A DNA stretch of 64,000 bases from Thermoplasmata archaeon (GTDB taxonomy: Archaea; Thermoplasmatota; Thermoplasmata; Lutacidiplasmatales; UBA184): assembly GCA_021816955.1 (NCBI GenBank), contig JAKAWP010000002.1, positions 37 through 64,036 on the forward strand, given 5' to 3'. A model generated the notes under the pieces. That model searched no databases. It saw only the letters and a program-made list of their open reading frames with translations, and was not told the DNA's origin. A program made the position numbers and the translations under genes. Positions 27,199-34,689 of this stretch are shown here, piece by piece (the stretch's first letter is position 1; the number at the start of each line of letters is the position of its first letter).

Positions 27199-28029
27199 AT
27201 GGCTCCCCAACGAACGTTCTCCTCGCCCCCACGGTTGGCCGCGACCGACGGTCGGCGCCCGGCCCCCTCCGAAGCCCGCCTGATCAGCGTCTCCCTAGCC
27301 CAACCGCTCCGACCTCACTGGCTGCGCGAGATTTCCTCGACCCCCGAACTCACCGTTCGGCTTCTCGCCTGCCGCCCGATTCCGCCGGACGGAGCTCGCT
27401 CGGTCCAGTGGGTCGAGATCGCCGGACCGCCGGCCGCGATCGATCGCGCCCTCGGCCAACTCCCGGAGGGGACCGAAGTGGCCTCGGCAACCCGACGCTC
27501 GACGGGGGCGATTCGTCGGGTGGTCGTCTGGGTCGAGGCGGAGGCCGACGAAGGCTGTCGGCTGGTGTACCGGTCGGGGTCGCTCTGCCGGACGTGCCAA
27601 TTCGTCGCGCCGGTCCGCCCGGACCGCACCGTCGTCTGGGAACTGGTCGGTCCGGGACGGCGACCGATTCGCCCCCGCGACGATGCGTGGACCGAGCTGA
27701 TCGGCGGCCCCCGGTCCCTGCGGCGCCTTCGGACGTATCGTCCCGACCGAGGACCGACGGAACGCGAACGGGAGGCGCTCGCCGTGGCGCACCGACTGGG
27801 CTACTTCACGGTCCCGCGGCGGGCGGGCCTCGCCGAGGTCGCGACGGCGCTTCACGTTCGACGGTCGGCCGCGGGCGAGCTCCTGCGCCGCGCCCTCTTC
27901 CGGCTGCTCGAAACGTCGTCCGAGACGGGAACGGTCGCGTCCCCTACCCTGCGTCGCGCGGCTCGATCGGAGGCCGCCCGTGACGTTTCCCGAGCGGCCC
28001 GTACTCGTCTTCTGGGAGACGACCCGTAG
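27199..28029 (+). CDS. HTH_10 (Bat/bacterio-opsin-activator-type) transcriptional regulator
   Basis: The C-terminal 'PTEREREALAVAHRLGYFTVPRRAGLAEVATALHVRRSAAGELLRRA' is the archaeal HTH_10 signature. The 3' tail overlaps the next gene by 50 nt. Confidence 0.65.
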   Translation: MAPQRTFSSPPRLAATDGRRPAPSEARLISVSLAQPLRPHWLREISSTPELTVRLLACRPIPPDGARSVQWVEIAGPPAAIDRALGQLPEGTEVASATRRSTGAIRRVVVWVEAEADEGCRLVYRSGSLCRTCQFVAPVRPDRTVVWELVGPGRRPIRPRDDAWTELIGGPRSLRRLRTYRPDRGPTEREREALAVAHRLGYFTVPRRAGLAEVATALHVRRSAAGELLRRALFRLLETSSETGTVASPTLRRAARSEAARDVSRAARTRLLGDDP

Positions 28030-29155
28030 CTGTCCGCTGGCGTGCGTCCACTGTCGGGCGAGCGCGGTGACCGAGCGCTCGCCCGCCGAACTCTCGACGG
28101 ACGAAGCCGAACGCCTCTGGGAGGAGATCGTCGGTTTCGGTCGACCGTACCCGACCGTCGTCTTGACCGGCGGGGATCCCCTCGCCCGGCCGGACTTGAG
28201 CGAGCTCCTTCGGTCCGCCCGCGATCGGGACCTGAATCTGGCGGTCTCCCCCGCGGTCTCGTCTCGCCTTACGCCTGCGGTCCTCTCCGAGTGGAAGCGC
28301 CTTGGCGTTTCGGCGATCTCCCTCAGCTTGGACGGCGCAACGCCGCGAACGCACGATGCGATTCGGGGAGTGCCGGGAACCTGGGCCACGACGATGCAAC
28401 GGGCGCGTGAGGCCGTCGCCGCCGGCCTACGGGTTCAGGTGAACACGACCGTGATGCGCCAGAACGTCGAGGAGCTCCCGCTCTTTCCCCGCCAACTCGC
28501 CGCGGTCGGGGTGAACGTCTGGGAACTGTTCTTCTTGGTGCCGACGGGACGCGCCGCCTCGATCGGTGCGCTTTCGGTAGCCGAGCATGAGGCGGTCGCC
28601 CAGTTCGTCTACGAGGTCAGCCGCTACCCCCGGATCGTGCGGACCGTGCGGACCGTGGAGGGACCGTTCGTGCGTCGGGTGCTCGCCGAACGGCGGGCCG
28701 GCCTTCCCCGAACGACCTCCGAACTCGGTCGGAAGCTATCGGACCGCCTCGCGCGCGAGCTCGGTCCTCCCGAAGGTCCGAGCCAGCTGTCACCGACCGG
28801 CACCCTGGACGGCGACGGGATCCTCTTCGTCGGATACGACGGCCGGGTTACCCCGGGCGGCCTCGCCCCGTATCCGCTCGGGTCGGTTCGCTCCGACTCG
28901 CTCCCGTCCCTCTACCGGGGACACCCCGTCCTTGAGCAGATCCGCGCACGTCGTTTCCACGGGCCGTGCGGACGCTGCCCGTACCGCCGCGTCTGCGGCG
29001 GGAGCCGTGCGCGGGCCCTCGCGATCGGCACGAACGTCCTCGGCTCGGATCCGGCGTGCCTGTTCGGCCAGCTCGGCGTGCCCGACCTTGTCGATGCCGC
29101 CGCCCCGACACTCGCGGGCGACACACACGCCGAGTCGGCCGACGGGGGGAGGTGA
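27980..29155 (+). CDS. Radical SAM/SPASM protein of the AhbC/AhbD/NirJ type
   Basis: 'RPVLVFWETTRSCPLACVHCRA' (CxxxCxxC in the AhbD/NirJ-like context), 'VVLTGGDPL', and C-terminal SPASM-like 'CGRCPYRRVCGGSRARALA...GSDPACLF'. GTG start. Confidence 0.8.
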   Translation: MTFPERPVLVFWETTRSCPLACVHCRASAVTERSPAELSTDEAERLWEEIVGFGRPYPTVVLTGGDPLARPDLSELLRSARDRDLNLAVSPAVSSRLTPAVLSEWKRLGVSAISLSLDGATPRTHDAIRGVPGTWATTMQRAREAVAAGLRVQVNTTVMRQNVEELPLFPRQLAAVGVNVWELFFLVPTGRAASIGALSVAEHEAVAQFVYEVSRYPRIVRTVRTVEGPFVRRVLAERRAGLPRTTSELGRKLSDRLARELGPPEGPSQLSPTGTLDGDGILFVGYDGRVTPGGLAPYPLGSVRSDSLPSLYRGHPVLEQIRARRFHGPCGRCPYRRVCGGSRARALAIGTNVLGSDPACLFGQLGVPDLVDAAAPTLAGDTHAESADGGR

Positions 29156-29167
29156 GCGGCTGTCGGG

Positions 29168-29665
29168 ATGAGCGCCCTCGCTTGGATCGACGCGGCAGTC
29201 CTCGCGGTACACCTCGTCTCCGCCGTCCTGTTCGTCGGAGGGTCGCTCTTCTTCTGGCTAGTGGTCGAGCCGGCGAGCTACGCGCTCGGTCTCGACGAGG
29301 CGGCCCGCACGGCCGTGATCGGCCGCCTCGCGCGCCGATTCGGTCGGATCACGACGCCCCTTCTCGTGATCTTGGTCGGAACGGGCCTGTACAACGCGAG
29401 CTGGTACCTACCGTCCGTCGGAGCGCTCACCACGACCGTCCCCGGCGAGGTCCTCCTCGCCAAGTCCGTGGTGGTCGCCGGGTTGATCGTCCTCATCTAC
29501 GTCCACGGAGCGTACTACGGGCCTCGGATCGTCCGCCTCGCCCGCGAGCGTCGGTACGACGAGCTCCGCGCCCTCCGCCGGCGGAGCCGGGCGGTCTCGT
29601 TCGCCAACCTCGCGCTCATGCTGGTGGTGCTCGTCCTCGCGGTCGTCCTCCAGTCGGTCGGCTGA
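29168..29665 (+). CDS. CopD/HemJ-superfamily-like 4-TM membrane protein (165 aa)
   Basis: 'AAVLAVHLVSAVLFVGGSLFFWLVV' (His in TM1), 'RRFGRITTPLLVILVGTGLYN', 'LLAKSVVVAGLIVLIYVHGAYYG', 'FANLALMLVVLVLAVVL'. It sits between the radical SAM gene and hemH. Confidence 0.6.
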   Translation: MSALAWIDAAVLAVHLVSAVLFVGGSLFFWLVVEPASYALGLDEAARTAVIGRLARRFGRITTPLLVILVGTGLYNASWYLPSVGALTTTVPGEVLLAKSVVVAGLIVLIYVHGAYYGPRIVRLARERRYDELRALRRRSRAVSFANLALMLVVLVLAVVLQSVG

Positions 29666-29680
29666 CGGGGCGAGGCGGCC

Positions 29681-30691
29681 GTGAAGCGCGCCGTGCTCTT
29701 GGTAGCGCTCGGAGCGCCGGAATCGATCGAGGAGGTCGCGCCGTTCCTCACGGCGGTTCGCCACGGGCGGCCGTCTCCGCCGGAACTCGTCCGGGAATTC
29801 GAGCATCGCTACCGCCAGATAGGCGGGGGTTCCCCGCTCCCCCGCTGGTCGAGAGCGCAGGCGGAGGGCGTCGAGCGGACGCTCCGCGACGCGGCGGTCG
29901 ACTGGCCGTGCCGTTACGCGGCGCTCTGGGGCGCCCCGACGATCTTCGAGGTCTGGCGCGAACTCCTCGCGGCCGGCATCGAGCGGATCCGGTGCATCCC
30001 GCTCACGCCGTACTACTCTGGCTGGGGGGTCGGCGCGTACTTCCGCGCCGTGCGGGCCGTGGCCCGACGGGAGCGGCCGCCGTCCGCGGTCGAGTTCGTC
30101 ACCGATTGGCACCGATCGTCAGGTCTCCACCGGGTGTTCGCGCGCCGGATCGCGGCGACGCTTTCCCAAGTCAAACGCCGCTATCGGGAAGCCCCGCGCG
30201 TCGTCTATACCGCCCACAGCCTTCCCGACCGGCCGGACCCGGGCACGCAGGCGTACCGACGGGCCGTTCAGGAGACCGCCGCCGCCGTGCGGGCGCTCCT
30301 ACCGCCCGTCGACTCGACGCTCGCCTACCAGAGCGTCGGCCGGGCCGAGGGGCCATGGCTGGGCCCGTCGGTCGAACGCGTCGTCGACGCGCTCCAACGC
30401 GAGCGGCCCGGTCCCATCGTGCTGGCGCCGATCGGCTTCCTCGCCGACAACCTCGAGATCCTGTACGACCTCGACGAGCAACTCGTCCGCCGACGGAGCG
30501 AGGAAGGTAGTCCGATCATCCGGGCCCCCGTTCCGAACGCGGATACCGACCTGCTCCAGGCGCTCGCGCATGTGGCCGTTGACGAAAGCGATACTGCGCT
30601 GCCGAGGGGGCTACCGGCCGAACCGGATCCGACGTCGGCCCGGCCAACGGCCCGGAAGGAGCCGTGCTTCACGGCCCCGAAGGAATCGTAG
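29681..30691 (+). CDS. hemH: Ferrochelatase (HemH/CpfC family)
   Basis: 'AVLLVALGAPESIEEVAPFL', 'YRQIGGGSPL', 'IPLTPYYS', 'VYTAHSLP', 'LAPIGFLADNLEILYDLD'. GTG start. Confidence 0.85.
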   Translation: MKRAVLLVALGAPESIEEVAPFLTAVRHGRPSPPELVREFEHRYRQIGGGSPLPRWSRAQAEGVERTLRDAAVDWPCRYAALWGAPTIFEVWRELLAAGIERIRCIPLTPYYSGWGVGAYFRAVRAVARRERPPSAVEFVTDWHRSSGLHRVFARRIAATLSQVKRRYREAPRVVYTAHSLPDRPDPGTQAYRRAVQETAAAVRALLPPVDSTLAYQSVGRAEGPWLGPSVERVVDALQRERPGPIVLAPIGFLADNLEILYDLDEQLVRRRSEEGSPIIRAPVPNADTDLLQALAHVAVDESDTALPRGLPAEPDPTSARPTARKEPCFTAPKES

Positions 30692-30724
30692 GAACAGGTG
30701 GTGGCCAGGGGTCAGCGACTCCGC

Positions 30725-31288
30725 TCAGCTCGCGACCACGCTGATCGTGCCGGTCATGTATCCCGGGGTGTCCATCGGGAAGCCGGTATAGCCGTCCGCC
30801 CCGCACGGGGCCATGCAAAGCCAGGTGTAGGTACCGGGCAGGACGTACACTTCGAACGAGACGACGGCGCCGCCGCCCGGGACGAGGACGTTCAGGTTGA
30901 GCTGGGGCGAGGAGAACGTGTGCGCGACGTTCGTGTTCGGCACGACGTGCATTGGCGTGCCGTTGACCGTTTCCGTCCCGCCGACGGTGCCGCTCACGAC
31001 GCAGCCGCAGCCGGCCCACGCCCCGGGCGAGTCGTAATCGGTGATCGTGACGATGTTGTACCCTTCGACCAGGGTGAAGTTGGCGGGGGTGTACTGCGGC
31101 GCTCCGTTCGCGGGATTCAGGATGATGGAGAGGTTCTCGTAATGCACGGCCGGCGCGCTGGCTGTCGACGTCGGGGAAGACGCGGGCGGCCAGACGGCGC
31201 TCGCGAGGCCGAAGCCGGCCACGATCGAGATCGCCGCGAGGGTGGCGACGACGAGGCGGGTCGGGGCGAGCCAGAGCGGTCGGGTCAT
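30725..31288 (-). CDS. Secreted or membrane-anchored cupredoxin-fold protein
   Basis: N-terminal anchor 'LVVATLAAISIVAGFGLA' and C-terminal 'PGTYTWLCMAPCG...GYMTGTISV', a cupredoxin-like C/M ligand region. A GAGGT Shine-Dalgarno-like element lies about 9-13 nt upstream of the chosen ATG (31286-31288). Confidence 0.6.
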   Translation of the reverse strand: MTRPLWLAPTRLVVATLAAISIVAGFGLASAVWPPASSPTSTASAPAVHYENLSIILNPANGAPQYTPANFTLVEGYNIVTITDYDSPGAWAGCGCVVSGTVGGTETVNGTPMHVVPNTNVAHTFSSPQLNLNVLVPGGGAVVSFEVYVLPGTYTWLCMAPCGADGYTGFPMDTPGYMTGTISVVAS

Positions 31289-31534
31289 CAGCGGATACCT
31301 CAAGGAGAAAAGCGGCGGCCGAACCGATAAACGACCCGTCAAGCCGGCTTGACGAACCGTACTCTCGCGCTACCGTTACACCGGGCCGATCGCCGCCGGA
31401 CGGTGGTCGGGAGGAACGAAACTCCCGAAGAAGTGCGCGTCCGGCGGGAGGCGCATCGAGCGGAACCCCGGCGGAACGGACGCGACCCGGTTCCCGACCG
31501 AGCGGGCCTCCCTGACTCCTCCGCGGCCGGTGGG

Positions 31535-31641
31535 TCCCGGCTGCCTGGATCGAACAGGCGACCTGAGGATCTCCACGGAGGCCGCCGGAGGGCCGACAGC
31601 CTCGCCTACAGTCCCCCGCTCTGCCACTGAGCTAAGCCGGG
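31535..31641 (-). tRNA. tRNA-Tyr (anticodon GUA) with 35-nt intron at canonical position 37/38 (intron 31571-31605)
   Basis: Manual fold: acceptor cccggct/agccggg, D arm gctc-agtggca-gagc, anticodon stem gggga/tcctc with loop ct-GTA-g[intron]a, variable aggtc, T arm gcctg-ttcgatc-caggc, discriminator a. Total 107 nt, i.e. 72 plus 35. Confidence 0.85.
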
Positions 31642-32348
31642 CCGCTCCTCCGAGCGCCCCCGCCGCTATAAACGCTTGCGTCGCGGCCCGGGGCCATGTC
31701 CGACGCGAGGCCGAGGGCGGCCGTCAGGCGGGCGTAGACGGTCTCCGGCGGGCCGTTCGCGTCGATCGTGACGAGCAGATTCCGGTCGCGGTAGAACCGA
31801 ATCAACGGTTCGGTCTTCTCGCGGTACAGTCGAAACCGGGTCGCGACCGACTCCGGCCGGTCGTCCGGTCGGGTCTCGAGGGAGGCGCCGTCGCGGTCGC
31901 ACTTTCCCTCGATCCGCGGCGGCTGGGTGTGCAGGTTGTAAACGGCCTGGCAGACCGGGCAGACGCGCCGGCCCCCGAGACGCTCGGTGACGACCTCGAG
32001 CGGCAGGTCGAAGGCGACGACGCGGTCGATCGGGGCGAGGGCGGCGAGCTTCTCGGCCTGTTCGGGATTGCGAGGGTACCCGTCGAGAACGAACCCTCGG
32101 GCCGTGTCGGAGCGGCCGAGCCGCTCCTTCAGGATCTCGAGCACGAGCGCGTCGGGAACGAGCTCGCCCGCGGTGACGAACCGCTCGGCCCGGAGCCCGA
32201 GCGGCGTCTTCTCCGCGATCGCCGAGCGCAATAGATCGCCGGTCGAGAGGTGGGGGATCGAGAGCGCGCGGGCGAGGCGGGCTGCCTGCGTTCCCTTCCC
32301 GGCGCCGGGCGGTCCCAGAAAGACGATTCGGTACACGCCATCGCTCAC
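31632..32348 (-). CDS. adk: Adenylate kinase (bacterial-type, long form with zinc-lid)
   Basis: 'IVFLGPPGAGKGTQA', 'HLSTGDLLR', 'GFVLDGYPRN', lid 'CPVCQAVYN...GKCDRDG'. A ~25-aa non-conserved C-terminal tail runs into the tRNA-Tyr gene. Confidence 0.9.
   Translation of the reverse strand: MSDGVYRIVFLGPPGAGKGTQAARLARALSIPHLSTGDLLRSAIAEKTPLGLRAERFVTAGELVPDALVLEILKERLGRSDTARGFVLDGYPRNPEQAEKLAALAPIDRVVAFDLPLEVVTERLGGRRVCPVCQAVYNLHTQPPRIEGKCDRDGASLETRPDDRPESVATRFRLYREKTEPLIRFYRDRNLLVTIDANGPPETVYARLTAALGLASDMAPGRDASVYSGGGARRSGPA
31665..31674 (-). promoter_or_regulatory. TATA box (TTTATA on minus strand) for tRNA-Tyr, embedded in the adk 3' coding tail
   Basis: The minus strand reads cgcaagcgTTTATAgcggcg. 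The TATA spans about -31 to -26 relative to the mature tRNA 5' end (31641). Confidence 0.45.
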
Positions 32349-32410
32349 CGTTCCGAGGGTAAATCATTGCCCCGCGTCGCCGACCGCCCCCGGCGTGCGC
32401 CGCACGGGGC

Positions 32411-33118
32411 CTACGTCGGCTCGACCGCCGTGCCGACGAACGACCGTCCCCGGACCGCCCGCTCCAAGTTCTCGAGATCCCGCCCGTGGACGACCCGCAG
32501 CGGGATCTTCGCGCGCAGCAGGGCATCCGCCCCGAGCCGGTCGAAGAGGAACTGCTGGCCGGCCTCGCCGGTCGCCCCGGCGTGGATGAGACGGGCGAAC
32601 TCCTTCCAAGTCAGCCGGTCGAACCGCTTCGCCGTCGGGGCCCGCCGCGGATCCCGGTCGAACACTCCCGCGACGTCGGTCGCATTGACGACCCGCGCCG
32701 CCCGGAGGCGCACCGCAAGGAGGGCAGCGACGCCGTCGGTGGTGTGGCCGGGTTCGGTGCCGCCGAGGATGATCGGGGAGGCGCGGTGGAGCTCGTGGAC
32801 GGCCTCGCTCACCGACGTCGGGATGCGGGACGGCGTCGGAGGGCCGATTCGGCCGGCCAGGAGCCGGGCGTGAAGGCGGGTGACGTCGATCCCGACCTCA
32901 TCGAGTTCGAACTCGGTGAGCCCGAGCGAGCGGCCGAGCCGGATGTACTCGCGCGCGGTGCGTCCCCCGCCCGTCGTGACGACGAGCGGCATCGAGCGGC
33001 CGAGGCGCCGCAAGATCCCCGCGAGCTTGTCGAGGTACGGCCCGTCGCCCTCGCCGCGGATCAGGACCGACCCCCCAATGGAAAGCACGACCGGCGCCCG
33101 GGACGGCCCGCTCGGCAT
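32411..33118 (-). CDS. pyrH: Uridylate (UMP) kinase, archaeal type (amino-acid kinase family)
   Basis: 'VVLSIGGSVL', 'LVVTTGGGRTAREY', 'PIILGGTEPGHTTDGVAALLA', 'VNATDVAGVFDRDPR'. Confidence 0.85.
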   Translation of the reverse strand: MPSGPSRAPVVLSIGGSVLIRGEGDGPYLDKLAGILRRLGRSMPLVVTTGGGRTAREYIRLGRSLGLTEFELDEVGIDVTRLHARLLAGRIGPPTPSRIPTSVSEAVHELHRASPIILGGTEPGHTTDGVAALLAVRLRAARVVNATDVAGVFDRDPRRAPTAKRFDRLTWKEFARLIHAGATGEAGQQFLFDRLGADALLRAKIPLRVVHGRDLENLERAVRGRSFVGTAVEPT

Positions 33119-33248
33119 CTCCCCGGGATGGGGGCGGGGAACTTACGCTTGTCGCGGCCCGCGCCGATAAGCGGCGGGCGATCCGCGATCGCGTGCGCGC
33201 GCCCGGGGGAACGGCGCCGTAAAGAAGCCGTCCTTCCTTCCCGCCGCC

Positions 33249-33950
33249 GTGGCCGACCCGTGGGAACTCGCGAAGAAGGCGGCCGCCCGGAAGGCGGTCG
33301 AGGAGGTCCGCGCGGGCCAGCGGATCGCCCTCGGCACGGGCTCGACGGCGGCGTGGGTCGTCCGCGAGATCGCGGGCCGCTTTCCGGACGGAGGCGGCGT
33401 GGAGTGTGTCGCGAGCTCCCGGGCGACAGAACGCCTCGCGCGATCGCTCGGGCTCACAGTCCGCGAGCTCCAATCCGCCGACCGATTCGACCTGATGATC
33501 GACGGGGCCGACGAGGCGACTCCGTCGCTCAACCTACTGAAGGGCGGCGGCGGGGCGCTCTTCCGGGAGAAGCTGCTCGCCCAGCTGAGTCGCCGCCGGG
33601 TGATCGTCGTCGATGCGTCGAAGATCGTCCGCCACCTCGGCGAGAGCCACCCGATCCCCGTCGAGGTCGTCCCGTTCGCCCGACCCGTGCTCCTGCCGGC
33701 GTTCGAGCGACGCCGGTTCCGGGCGGTCCTGCGACGGACCGCCTCGGGCGAGCCGTTCATCACCGACAACGGCAACGAGATCGTCGACCTCACGCCGCCC
33801 GGGCCAATCGGCGACGCGCGGGCGCTCGCGGAGGAGCTTCGGTCCGAGACCGGCGTCGTCGAGACGGGGATCTTCTGCGGGCTCGCCGATCGTATCGTGG
33901 TCGGCCAAGCGAACGGGGAGACCGACGAGTTCGTCCGACCGGAGGGGTAA
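33249..33950 (+). CDS. rpiA: Ribose-5-phosphate isomerase A
   Basis: 'IALGTGSTAAWVV', 'DLMIDGADE', 'LLKGGGGALFREKL', 'IPVEVVPFA', 'ITDNGNEIVD', 'GVVETGIF'. GTG start. Confidence 0.85.
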   Translation: MADPWELAKKAAARKAVEEVRAGQRIALGTGSTAAWVVREIAGRFPDGGGVECVASSRATERLARSLGLTVRELQSADRFDLMIDGADEATPSLNLLKGGGGALFREKLLAQLSRRRVIVVDASKIVRHLGESHPIPVEVVPFARPVLLPAFERRRFRAVLRRTASGEPFITDNGNEIVDLTPPGPIGDARALAEELRSETGVVETGIFCGLADRIVVGQANGETDEFVRPEG

Positions 33951-33959
33951 GCCCGCCCG

Positions 33960-34472
33960 TTAGCGGCCCGGTCTTCCCGCCCCGACCATACGGGGGGACT
34001 CCCCCGCTTCCCGGGCGACGCGCTCGCGGTACAGCCGCTCGCTCGCTCGCAGGTACAGGAGGACCGGCTCCCCGAGCTTCGTCACCATGTACCCGCGGTC
34101 CGTCAGCCGGTACTCGACGCGCGGGGGCCGCGTCGGGAGCACCTCGCGGTGGACGAGGCCGTGGGTCTCGAGGCGCTTCAGCTTCGTCGATAGGACGCGG
34201 GAGCTGATCCAGGGAAGCGCCTTGCGGAGGTCGCCGAAGCCGAGGCGCCGTTCCGTGTGCAGCAGAATGAGGATGTCGAGTGACCACTTGCTGAAGACCG
34301 ACCGGGCAACCCGCAGGTTGAGCTCGGACGCGCCGGCGCCGTGCGCGTTGGCCCGGAAGTCGGCGAGGTCGGAGAGTGACCGGACGAACGCCGCGGATTC
34401 GTCCCGGAACCGGGCGAACCGCTCCTCGAGCACCTCTTCGGCGGAGGGTTTCGCCACCGGACGCGGGCTCAT
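33960..34472 (-). CDS. HxlR-family winged-helix transcriptional regulator
   Basis: 'FSKWSLDILILLHTERRLGFGDLRKALPWISSRVLSTKLKRLETHGLVHREVLPTRPPRVEYRLTDRG'. Confidence 0.8.
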   Translation of the reverse strand: MSPRPVAKPSAEEVLEERFARFRDESAAFVRSLSDLADFRANAHGAGASELNLRVARSVFSKWSLDILILLHTERRLGFGDLRKALPWISSRVLSTKLKRLETHGLVHREVLPTRPPRVEYRLTDRGYMVTKLGEPVLLYLRASERLYRERVAREAGESPRMVGAGRPGR

Positions 34473-34527
34473 GAACGCTCCTCCGGCCCCATCCCCTATC
34501 TTTGAAACCGAGTAACCAATGGGTTAG

Positions 34528-34544
34528 CCGATTCCCGGAATCGG
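34528..34544. promoter_or_regulatory. Perfect palindrome ccgattcc-c-ggaatcgg in the divergent HxlR / surface-protein intergenic region (candidate operator)
   Basis: Two 8-bp arms with a 1-nt spacer, 56 bp upstream of the HxlR start and just upstream of a 'gtataag' TATA-like element (34551-34557). Confidence 0.4.
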
Positions 34545-34560
34545 TTTCCCGTATAAGTAC

Positions 34561-34683
34561 GTGTTGCTACGGACGGACGAGCCCGGGAGCCGCTCGAGAG
34601 CGCGTCCCCGTCGGGCCGGCCTCCTTGCCATCGCCGGGATGGTGATCGTCGTGATCTGCCTCGCCGTCGCCGGGCTGCCGTGA
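34561..34683 (+). other. Orphaned signal-peptide/anchor segment (40 codons plus TGA), in frame with the downstream surface-protein ORF
   Basis: GTG-initiated 'VLLRTDEPGSRSRARPRRAGLLAIAGMVIVVICLAVAGLP*'. It is in the same reading frame as 34690..37863, separated from it only by the TGA at 34681-34683 and two sense codons. Confidence 0.5.
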
Positions 34684-34689
34684 GCCCCC

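Noticed and set aside
34681-34683. Selenocysteine or global TGA reassignment as the explanation for the in-frame TGA in the surface-protein gene (and the TGA TGA in the transposase)
   Set aside because: Many genes in the window terminate sensibly at TGA, including all the ATGA-coupled junctions, so TGA is a normal stop here. I identified no SECIS-like element, and a Sec in a signal-peptide linker has no rationale. A nonsense mutation, a base-call error or local read-through is more parsimonious.
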